From NCBI RefSeq assembly GCF_037042905.1, contig NC_087250.1, positions 27,468,001-27,532,000 of the forward strand: a DNA stretch of 64,000 nucleotides, read 5' to 3'. Below, one piece after another: positions 39,101 through 50,078 of the stretch. Position 1 is the first letter of the stretch. Every line of letters starts with the position of its first letter. Under the pieces are notes generated by a model. That model was given only the letters and a program-made list of their open reading frames with translations, did no database searches and was not told the origin of the DNA. The DNA is from Lytechinus pictus (taxonomy: Eukaryota). The position numbers were made by a program, and so were the translations under genes.

Positions 39101-39825
39101 AATATGAAGAGTTAATGGACGAGGTGTAATGTTTAATACTTAATTCTTATATTGCCCCCTTTCCTGTCCAAACGACGGTGTAATATTCGCAACAATCACC
39201 CTCATGAACATTTGGTATTTGCATACTATACCAGCATGCTGACAATCACCATGTAGAAGCATGCTCATTATAACTGTAACGTTAAATATTTTTTAAATGA
39301 TATGTTATTTTTCCTGTTTAACCATCCTTGTGATCCCATACAGAGTGTTGTACATATGAAGAGTTTAGTTACAAAAGGGGTTAGGTCCACTATGGACCAT
39401 TTCGAGAAAAAAAACATGTTTTTTATTCTCACTTATGTAATGTTATGTTGGTGGAATGACACTGTATATCACTGAGATGGACACGTGACTGATTGAACTC
39501 TCAAATAACAAGTTTATTAACAACCACTTAGCAACCACGCGCATGCGTAAACATATATCATAACCAGGGCCGTAGCTGGAGGGGGGGGTATGGGGGTGTG
39601 ACACCCCCCCCCCCCCAACATTCATGGCAGTCGGCAAAATCATGCTGTACCAGTTGGCAAAATGGAGGATAGGGGAAAAAGAAAGAGGGAAAGAAAGGAA
39701 GAGAAAAAAGAAAGAAGGAGAGAGGGGAGAGAAAGAAAAAGAAAGAAAGAAAGAGAGAGAGAGAGGGGGAGAAAGGGGGGGGGGGGAGAGAAAGTGAGAT
39801 AGAAAGAAAGAAAGAAAGAAAGAAA

Positions 39826-40052
39826 TAATAATAATGATAATAATAGGCATTTATATAGCGCCATCTATCTAGAAATATTCTATTCCGAGGCGCGTTGTTA
39901 TTATTATTATCACCCCGGCTTTAGCTCGATCTGCCTTTCAGCGCTCATGCATTCAAGGAATTAATCCTGCCAGGTACCCATTCACCTCACCTGGATCGAG
40001 TGCAGCACAATGTGGATAAATTTCTTGCTGAAGGAAATTACGCCATGGCTGG
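39826..40052 (-). mobile_element. 3' fragment of the SINE family seen at 44881-45167
   Basis: Shared CACCTGG.TCGAGTGCAGCACAATGTGGAT.AATTTCTTGC.GAAGGAAATTACGCCATGG. Confidence 0.75.
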
Positions 40053-40055
40053 GAT

Positions 40056-40184
<129 letters not shown>

Positions 40185-43090
40185 GAAGGAAGAAAAAAAA
40201 AGGAAAGAAAAATAGGGGTACTAACTACGAAGAAGGTTACGACTTTTAGAGTAAAGACAACCAGTTGGCAAATCCAAGTCCATGTAGCCAGGCTTAGAGC
40301 CCTACTAGTCAGGAAAATACAAAGGACAAAACAGATGGAGCTATAATAACACACAAAGTAAGCCCCCGGTCCTCCCCCAATATAATTGAGTTTGCAAATT
40401 ATACCACAATTATTGACGATTTAACAAACACATTAGTTTTGTAAAATTAGAAGCAAGACTAGGTAAATAAATATGGGGTGGGATGAATTTCCAAGGTTTA
40501 AGTTGAATAATCAAAGCCAAAGTATAGTTGGCAAATTATAAAGTGGGCCTATTAAAGTGGCAGAACACTATACGCTCTACCAGTCAGCAAAGTAATATAC
40601 AAGTACTGCCCCGTTTCAGATCTGAAAATAACAGAACTAAAGACTTAAAAAACTGGTAACTCTTCAGTTGGCAAATTCATGAAGACAAGTCTACAACTTG
40701 TAGACTTGTCTACAAGTTTGCAGTTGGCAAAAAACACAAAAATGTTCTAAGTTATTTTTACTAAATTCTGTCGCCGAAGATTTTTTTTTTATTTATGGTG
40801 TCAGAATGTGCTTGGGGTGGGGATGGGTGGGAGTGGGGGCAGGTTGGAGTTGCATCATTCCTGGTGCTCTTATTGTCTGACTAATGAGATATATAGTCCT
40901 GTTGTATTTTAAGTCCATATTAAGATTATGCACCAAATTATCTCCTCGCACTTCAAGTTATTATTGTTTTATGTAGTGCCATATGCTTTTTTCATGACTA
41001 TATACTTAAAGTGATTGCCCCCTTTTAAGGCCTTAATAAAACATTTCCAGTCTGTGCTTACGTCCGCATTGGTGTGGACCGATATAGATACAAGGCTGGT
41101 GTTAAATCAACACTGGCGTTTTTGCAGTGCACGAATTCCTAAAGACAGTCCTTAAAATGTCCCTTTTTCTGATCTAATTATAACAAATTTTCAGCTCGCG
41201 CTTCGCGCTCGCATCACTTAATTAGTGAAATAGTAAATTCCTACAAACAAGCCATACAATGCCCCTCTTCAGGTCCGAATTCCAAAAATTGTCAGCTCGC
41301 GCTTCTCGCCCGCAATATTTCATTAGTGAAATACGTATCATGTTCATGATTACAATGACCACAAAAAGTGCTTCATGTACTAGTGTAATTCTTACAAATC
41401 AGCAAGCGCTTGGCGCTCGCATTAGATGACTATGATGAGATACGTACGCACTTCATAAATTCCAAAAGATAGTCCTTAAAATGTCCCTTTTTATGGTTAA
41501 GTTATACAAAAAAAATCAGCTCGCGCTTCGCGCTCGCATTGTTTTGTGAGACAGGTACGTATCACGATTACAAAACTTTGCTTATAATGTCCCTTTTTAG
41601 GACTGAATATCAAACATTTTCAGCTCGCGCTTCGCGCTCGCATTATTTGATTACTAAGATACATATCCGTTTAATGGCACAGTCCTTAAAATGTCTCTAT
41701 TAGGTCAGTATACCTGGCAATTGAGCGCGCTTCGCGCGCCCACTTAATGACTCAAAATTTTTGCTGATGCCCCCCCCCAAAAAAAAAATGCCGTGACCTA
41801 CGGTACGCCACTGTTAGCAGTAGCACTCTTGACATTTTAGTTGAGACATCTTGCACAGAAGGTCAATTAAAAATTAACAAATCTTTGATTTTGATATTAT
41901 TAATGCATATAGGGCATTATACTGCAAGTTAGCAACTACGGCACACTAGCCTTTCTATTTTGATCCAAAATGTTTATTTTTACAGTGCAAGTATCTTTGT
42001 ATATCTTTGTATAATTTACCTTAAAGTATTCACCAAATGCCACTAATTCAATTCTAGAAATTCAAAATCTTTTAGCATGTGATTATTGTAGGGGGGCACA
42101 TCCCCCATCAGACTCCCCCTGTGCTCACGTTGGTGCTGTCACGCCAAATTTAGTTGGCAAATTTAGCTGGTACACCCCCCCAACAAAATGCTTCTGGCTA
42201 CGGCCCTGATCATAACATGACAACTTAGTGCAATATTCTTATGAGAAACTAAATTATCATGATATACTACTCTATCATGTGAACATAAAATTGGTTATAA
42301 AAGAAATCTACCTGCCTTCATTTTTTTTCTATATATTCTTTTAAAAATCATAATTGTGGACCTACCCTCTTTTGCAACTAAACTGAAATGAATCCAATCT
42401 ATTTTGACTAAAGAAGTGATTGTTTCATTGCCACTTTTATTCACGTTTTCATGAAAATTTCAAATTTTCTTTGTTTTCATTAGAGCAACAAAAAATTTAG
42501 AGGTTTTGAGACAGAAAACAATAAAATTTATGAAAAATGGACCTAACCCCTTTTGACAAATGAGCTCTTCAGAAGAGTTTGTTTGCATAAGGGGTTAGGT
42601 CCACTCCAAAAAAAAAAAAAATCATTTTTTAAATTCTTCCATATTGCAGTATTCTTATGCGAAACTAAATTTTAATGATACCCTACCATGATAACATAAA
42701 ATTTGGTATAAAAGAAATCTACCTGTCTTCATCTTTTTTATGATATTTTTTTCCAAAAAAAAAATCTGTATGGACCTAACCCCTTTTGAAAAAAAGAGTA
42801 ATTTTTCTTTGCCATTTTAGTTCGATTTTTAATAGGAATTTCAACTTTTCTTTGGTATCATCTTATAGAGCTACTAAAAATCTACACATTGAGACATAAA
42901 AATCAAATTTGATGAAAAATGGACCTAACCCATTTTCCATGTGAGCTCTTCATATACATCGGAAGTGATCGACGGAAATATGTAAATGAATGTTCAAGTT
43001 GAAAGTGAAAGTTGTTCATTCTAGGGACTGATACAGGATGTAAAACTGCATGTTCAAAACTTGTAGATTATAGTCGCATTCATCCACAAA

Positions 43091-43127
43091 ATGAACAGAG
43101 ACAAAGGGTGTGAACTTGAAATTATCG
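43091..43127 (+). CDS. Candidate first coding exon (MNRDKGCELEII) of an unidentified gene
   Basis: ACAAAATG context, perfect donor G|GTAAGT, upstream CGGAAGTG and GAAAGTGAAAGT motifs; no downstream exon found. Confidence 0.25.
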
Positions 43128-44880
43128 GTAAGTTTTGATAATTAGGAATACCCTAATCCGTATTTTCTTTTCATTTTCCGTATTGATAAACTGGAGAACA
43201 TGTAAGCTAATACTACATAATCCTGAATCATTTCATATGAATTTATAGGCCTACTTTATTAACACTTGGGATACGAGAAATTTCCTAGTCAATAGAAAAT
43301 CGAATCTAAACATAATCTTGCTGTAGCCTATAATATTGACACTATAAATGTAAGAGGTGAGAGAATTCAAAATATAAGTATGATAAGAGATGAAGAAGGA
43401 CAATTTTATTAGGACTCAAACATAGAGATAATGAGGGTGACTCTTGCACGTGGTAAACGAATGCGGTGCAAGACATAATTTTCGTTCTCGCTGATGTATG
43501 ACGTTATATGATAATATAGCACCCCCCCCCGGATTAAAACCTATGGTTATGCACGTGATCAGGAAATTACAAAGAAACATGTTTGGAAGTCTCAAACTTT
43601 TCGTCGTTGTTGTTCTTCCTTGGAACCATAGTAGAATATAAAGTTCACTATCAAACCGTATTCATAAAAAACAAGTAAAGATTGTTTTTGTCTTGTCAAT
43701 CTGAGACACTACACTCAAAGCAAAATATACAAAATTAGAAGAGATGTATTGTCTATCAACCTGATAATTGTAAACTGATGTTACATACATATTTTGAACA
43801 TGCAACCAGCTAACTGTGACACCTCATCCCTCTCTTTCCTCTCTCTCTCTTTCTCTTTCCTGTATCACTATAATCAATAGCATGTAAAAGAGAGAGCTCT
43901 GGGGCTAGGCCCACCCCAAAAGTTCAAGCACCAAGATAAAATTGAGAAAGAGAAAGAAAGGAAAGGAATAGGTGTGAATTATATACACATAAATTTGTCT
44001 CAATCTATCACAAAATAGGATTAGAGTGTCTTCTTTTGCTCGATCTCTTTAATCATTTTTATCTTTTGGACAATGTTTGGCCCCCTCATCTTTTGTTGGT
44101 TCATCACGGCATTGACACAAGACTTTTTAAATTTGACAAAAGTTTCCGAAACTGTGATCAAATTAACAATTTTTGTTCTAATATCATTCAGACTAAAAAT
44201 ATTCCTTCTGGATAAAAATGAAGGGAAATTTTAAAACTAATCTGCATTTGTAATAATTCTTTTCTGTATTATCATAATAGTACAAAACAATTGAATTATA
44301 TTGGATGGTTCAGAACGGAATATCAGAGTTATTTCAATAGTTTTGTATAGTAGCCTGGTATGCGGAGGATATCAGTCCTTTGTTCAATGTGCTCTCATAT
44401 TGAACAGACAACTGATTCAGACAAAAATAAACATTAAAAATGCATCGCTAAAATCATGGACCCTTGTAGGGTCCATGCTAAAACACTATGTAGATTACAA
44501 TCCTTGATATCAGTATTAATAGTATATAACCATTATTGTCAAAGTCATGGTCAGTTATTAAATGTTATTATCATGTACAACATTATTATCATTCTTATTA
44601 TAGTTATGGTGATTTAGATTTTTCGTTATCATAAATGGTGACAATTATAATAATAATAATAAAGTAGGTGGCCCTAATGGTACTATTATTATGGTAATAT
44701 TCACCATCAACGTTATCTAACATACACAATAATAAAACATTTAAGTTTTATGCAGAAAATCTATAGAAAGTTCAAATTAAAAAAATGAAAATGCCTTGAA
44801 ATTTCAAGGCTCAAAATCCTCAAGGCCAAGGCTTGACAGTCCTAGGCCAAGGCTTCGAAAAAGTTGGCCTTAAGGCGCTT

Positions 44881-45167
44881 TGATAATAATAATAATAATA
44901 ATACCAATATGCTTATATAGCGCATATCACTGCCTAATGCGTCCCTATGCGCTTAATTGGATATTATTACCCTGGCTTTAGCCTCGCAGCCTTTTACAGC
45001 GCGATGGCATTTAAAGGAGTAAATTCCTGCCATTTATCTCACCTGGGTCGAGTGCAGCACAATGTGGATGAATTTCTTGCCGAAGGAAATTACGCCATGG
45101 TTGGGATTCGAACCGACGACCCTCTGTTTTAAAGTCCGAAGACTAATCCACTGGGCCACAACGCTCC
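44881..45167 (-). mobile_element. Full-length tRNA-derived SINE
   Basis: A box TGGCCCAGTGG, B box GGTTCGAATCC, (ATT)n tail. Confidence 0.85.
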
Positions 45168-47252
45168 ACATGGCCATGGTCGAATATCAAGGCACTATAA
45201 CACTAGTTCTTGATTACAAAAAATGCTTCTATACTTTCCAAATTTTAGGTCAAGGTATCATTTTTTCAGCTTGCGTTTTGTGCTCGCTTCAATAAAGTTT
45301 AGATGTCCGTTTACCAATCCCATTTTAAAAGTCAGAAAAAAAAAATCACAGCTCTCTCTCTCTCTTCTCGCTTGTATCAGAAGTTTAGTAAGACATTTAT
45401 TTTGTTCACAGTTAGAAAAAGGTGCTAAAAAATGTCAAGGTTAAAACTCGGAAAATAAAAAAATTCAGCTCGCGCTTTGCGCTCACGTATTTTGTGTACT
45501 TAGATACCTATCCTCTTAAGGGTAACAAAAGATTAATTTCCTATTGTTTAGTTGGAAAATTAAAATTTCAAGCTTATGCTTCGCGCTTGTATTAATATTG
45601 TTTGATTAAATACATATCATGTTTATGTTTACAAAAGTGTTTTATTGCTCACATTGATTGGTACATGTAGGATATGTATTCTTCTCATGTGTTACATGGA
45701 AACCTTCATTAACAGGTAGCTTTTCAGATCAATATAGTAACATTTTCAACTCCCGCTCGCAATATCCTCTACATTAGCCACTGTAAAACTGTTATTATTA
45801 ACTGCCTTTTTAGATTAGTGTATTGAAATTTTGGCTCGCGCTTCGCGCTCCCATTAATTATTTAGTTACATACGCATATTGTTCATGATAATTTAACAAC
45901 TGCTCAGAATATATCACTATACATGAAATATAAAATAAAAATAGCTCGCGCTTTGTGCTCGCGTTATTTCTTAATGCCTTATCCTGCTATCTTGTGTGGA
46001 ACACCAAATCTGAAATGAATTAAAACTTCAGTCTTTCGAGAGGAATACCCCTAAAAATTAGCTCTTGGCAGCTAATCGGAATAAAAATATATTTGTTTCT
46101 GCCAATCATTATTATTGTAAGATAATGTGTTCTTTCCCCGGATAACAAAAAGTTATTATTACATACGCATATTGTTCATGAACAAAAAAAAACAACTGCT
46201 CAGAATATCAAAGTTTATATCACTATACATGAAATATAAAAAAAAAATAGCTCGCGCTTTGTGCTCGCGTTATTTCTTAATGCCTTATTCTACTATCTTG
46301 TGTGGACGCACAAACCTGAGATGTAGTTAAAACTTCGGTCTTTTGAGAGAAATACCCCCTAAAAATTAGATCATGGCGGCCAATCGGAAAAAAAAAATAA
46401 TTTGTTTCTGCCGATCATTATTATTGTAAGATATGTGCTCTATTCCCCGGATAACAAAAAAAAAATATTAAGCTCTTGCTTTACCTTTAGATTCCCATCA
46501 TCCATTAGTGAGATAAGTATATCCTCTCAACAATTTTCATGCCTCTTAAAAAGTGTTCAAAGGTTTCCACTTCTGGTCACTATAATAAGATTTTCACCTT
46601 GGGCTTTGGACTCGCATCAATCATAAAATTAAGATACACAAATTGTTCTTTATTTTAAAAACGTGCTTAAACTGTCCAATTTTCAGATGGGAATATGAAA
46701 ATATCCCAGCTCGCACCTCCTGATTGTATGGCTTAATTAATCATGCTTAAAAATTTCAATTTTCAGTATAGATTATAAAAAAAAAATCAGCTCACGCTTG
46801 GCACTCGCATCAATTGTTTTTATTATAAAGGCATCTTATCTTGAATGATTATACGCGACCGCAAAGCGTGAGCTGCATTTTTTTTAATTCTAACCTGAAA
46901 AACGAAAATGATCTTTTTCTTAATATAGAAAATTTCTGCTCGCAATTCGCGCTCACTTTTTTTTTGTATTTATCCCTTGTAAGATACCTTACCGTGTTTT
47001 TGAGAATAAATATCATAATTTATTTAACTTCGTTTGGTTTCTACAAAACATATTTATTTTGGTGCCCCCTACAAATGTTCAAACAGCCCCCCCTCCCAGC
47101 TGAATTAAGTCTCAGATACGCCATTGCCTTCAATATTACATTACTTCCAAGATATGTTATCAATAATATTTCTCACCTCCCGCTTACACAATTCTAGGCC
47201 TACTCTGATAAAAAAATACATGAAATTGAAACCCCCAAATACTTGAAACACG

Positions 47253-47437
47253 TGTCATATCAGGGAGGGGAGCTTAAGAAAATACCCTTCCTGGTATGAC
47301 TATCACAACAACTCCATCAACAATACAAAACAGAAACAAACGGAAAATGAGGCAAAATTCATAAAATTACCTTAAAACTTATTTTATTACGCAAAGGCGC
47401 CCTCTTGCGCTGACAAGAATCGCACATGTACATGACA
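47253..47437 (-). repeat. 3' LTR (PPT AAGGGGGGAGGTA at 47438-47450)
   Basis: Direct repeat of 53536-53720. Confidence 0.95.
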
Positions 47438-48221
47438 TACCTCCCCCCTTAAAAGAAGAAAGTTATAGCAATTTAACTTTCTTTCATTTTAAAGGAGCAT
47501 GTTGAAATAGCATAACATTATAACGCTCAGAAGAACGAGGAATATGAAAACTAAAAAAATTCATTCAAGTGTATAGTCAAGACGTAGCATCATAAACATT
47601 TACAAAAAGAGATGCAGAAAACTTCAATCAATAACAAGTTGGTTTTACCTTAGGAATTCCAATATCACTTAAAAAAAAACATATGCCAATACAACAAGGT
47701 GACTTAACTCTGCAAGACTCTTGTCTTTTTATATACATACATATAAAACCTTTCTATAGCAACATGAGCTATTTAATCATAAAAAAATAAAATAAAATGC
47801 AAGAACTTTGATCCAGCTTCATGTTTACAAATGCAGAACCTGAAAAGAGAGAAAAAATAAATAAATGAAGAGAGTAAGAGTTAGAATATGTAGATTTGTT
47901 AGAACAGAATGAATTGTTCCATGTAATTGATAAAACGATTTCGTCATTAAAAGATAGTTGTTAATAAATTGTTAGAGACATTCATTTCAAAACATTGCTT
48001 GACCACCTGGATGTTGGAGTAAAAAGAAGAAAATCACCTTTTTTTTTTAAATTGTTATTATTGTTAGTGTTATTTGTTTTCTTTTAATATTTTTATGTGA
48101 ATAATAGTTAACGACCGGTTTGCAGCTTTCCGGTTATGTTTTTTTGTTTTTATTTTTTTATTATTATTGTTTTGTTTGTTGTTTCTAAGGAGGTTATTCG
48201 GCAATTGACTGTTAGATTTGC

Positions 48222-50078
48222 CTAAACTCTAGAAAGTGCATCCGCAATAACATTGTCATTTCCCTTGATATGAGTCACGTTCAGCCCATAAGGCTGAAGA
48301 AACAGACTCCAACGGAACAATCTCTGGTTCTTGTTCCTAAACCTTTCGAGGAAGGTTAGTGGATTGTGATCCGTGAAAACGGTCACATCAGGGCAGCTAC
48401 TCAAATACACATCAAAGTGTTGAACTGCCAGCACCAGACCTAGGCACTCCTTCTCTATCGTAGAGTATCTTTGCTGGTGTACATCAAGCTTCTTCGAAAA
48501 GTAGCTCACGGGTTTCATGAAACCCTCTTCATCCAACTGAAGGAGAACTGCACCAACTCCTACCTCACTTGCATCAGTGGCCAGTAGGAACGGATGCTCA
48601 AAGTTAGGAGCCTGCAATACAGGCTTTGAGATAAGAACAGCTTTCAATTTCTGAAAGGCAATCTCACATGGTTTGGTCCAATCAAACTTGGTCCCCTTCT
48701 TGAGAAGATCTGTAAGAGAAATAGCAATGTCACTGAAATTCGGAACAAACTTGCGGTAAAACCCACACATGCCCAGAAACCTCATCACCTCCCTCTTTGT
48801 GGAAGGGGCAGGGAAATCCACAATAGCTTGGATCTTTGCCTCTCGTGGGGCAACGCGTCCATGCCCTACTACATGAACCAAGTAAGATACTGTTGCCTGC
48901 GCAAACTCACACTTGGACAAATTCACAACAAGTCCTGCCTTGGTCAATCTGACAAACACATCTCTCAAGCAAGTTAGATGATCTGACCAGGTATCACTAA
49001 CTACTAGAATATCATCAAGATATACTACAACATTGTCCAGTCCGGCAATTACACAATTCATGAGCCGTTGAAATGTTGCTGGAGCATTCCTCATGCCAAA
49101 TGGCATAACCCGACACTGGAATAACCCCTGTGGGGTCACAAATGCAGAGATTTCTTTAGCCCTCTCTGTTAATGGCACCTGCCAATAACCTTTCATCAGA
49201 TCCAGCTTTGTGATATACCTTGCATTACCAATCTGATCAATGCAATCCTCAATACGAGGTAGAGGAAATGAGTCAGGTTTTGTTACAGCATTGACTTTCC
49301 TGTAGTCAATGCAAAAACGCTGACTCCCATCTGGTTTTGGAACAAGAACTACAGGTGAACTCCAGCAGCTCTGACTAGGCTCAATGACACCGCATGCAAG
49401 CATATACTCAAGTTCCTTCCGCACCTGGCTCTTCTTTCTTGGATTCAAACGGTAGGGATGTTGTTTAATAGGCAGATGATCGCCTACATCAACATCATGA
49501 ATAGCCTCTCCGGTATATCCCAACTTATCTCCACATACTTCAGGGTAATCAAGAAGTATTTGCACTACATCCTGCTGTTCAAAATCTGATAGATGACCCA
49601 ATATCTTTGAGGGATCAGCCATCACCTGTGAGTTATTCACCTTTCCAGACATCCCTTCACCAATCTCCGCTTCCACCGGGATTTCAAGTTCTGCAGGAAT
49701 ATGTTCTGCTGCCTTTTCACAAACAACAGCGTCTGTCGCCACCTCGTCACGATCATAATACTTCTTCAGCATATTAATATGGCAAACCCTCTTTGTTTTT
49801 CTCCTGTCTGGAGTACTCACAAGATAGGTTTCTTTACCCAAGTTCTTCTCTACCACATATGGACCACTGAACTTTGCTCTAAGAGGTTCACCCTGGATGG
49901 GCAGTAACACAAGGACTTTGCTACCAGGCTCGAATGAGCGAGGTTCTGCCTTCTTATCTGCCCGGGCTTTCATTGCACCTTGAGACAACCTCAAATGTTC
50001 CCCCGCGAGTTCACACGCCCTCAAGAGTCGTTCACGAAATTGTGACACAATCAAGCACATTCCCACTCTCCATCCCAA
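48222..50078 (-). CDS. pol C-terminal part: integrase tail (GPY), reverse transcriptase, RNase H
   Basis: FSGPYVV, WSSPVVLVPKPDGSQRFCIDYRKVN, LDLMKGYWQV, MPFG, YLDD, TDAS, EKECL, TDHNPL, ADALSR. Confidence 0.93.
   Translation of the reverse strand: MGWRVGMCLIVSQFRERLLRACELAGEHLRLSQGAMKARADKKAEPRSFEPGSKVLVLLPIQGEPLRAKFSGPYVVEKNLGKETYLVSTPDRRKTKRVCHINMLKKYYDRDEVATDAVVCEKAAEHIPAELEIPVEAEIGEGMSGKVNNSQVMADPSKILGHLSDFEQQDVVQILLDYPEVCGDKLGYTGEAIHDVDVGDHLPIKQHPYRLNPRKKSQVRKELEYMLACGVIEPSQSCWSSPVVLVPKPDGSQRFCIDYRKVNAVTKPDSFPLPRIEDCIDQIGNARYITKLDLMKGYWQVPLTERAKEISAFVTPQGLFQCRVMPFGMRNAPATFQRLMNCVIAGLDNVVVYLDDILVVSDTWSDHLTCLRDVFVRLTKAGLVVNLSKCEFAQATVSYLVHVVGHGRVAPREAKIQAIVDFPAPSTKREVMRFLGMCGFYRKFVPNFSDIAISLTDLLKKGTKFDWTKPCEIAFQKLKAVLISKPVLQAPNFEHPFLLATDASEVGVGAVLLQLDEEGFMKPVSYFSKKLDVHQQRYSTIEKECLGLVLAVQHFDVYLSSCPDVTVFTDHNPLTFLERFRNKNQRLFRWSLFLQPYGLNVTHIKGNDNVIADALSRV

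Noticed and set aside
45100..45167. tRNA gene
   Set aside because: A/B boxes continue into a SINE body and (ATT)n tail; no clean acceptor stem or terminator.
50032..50078. Programmed ribosomal frameshift in pol
   Set aside because: No slippery heptamer, and it falls inside the integrase region; a small deletion or sequence error is simpler.
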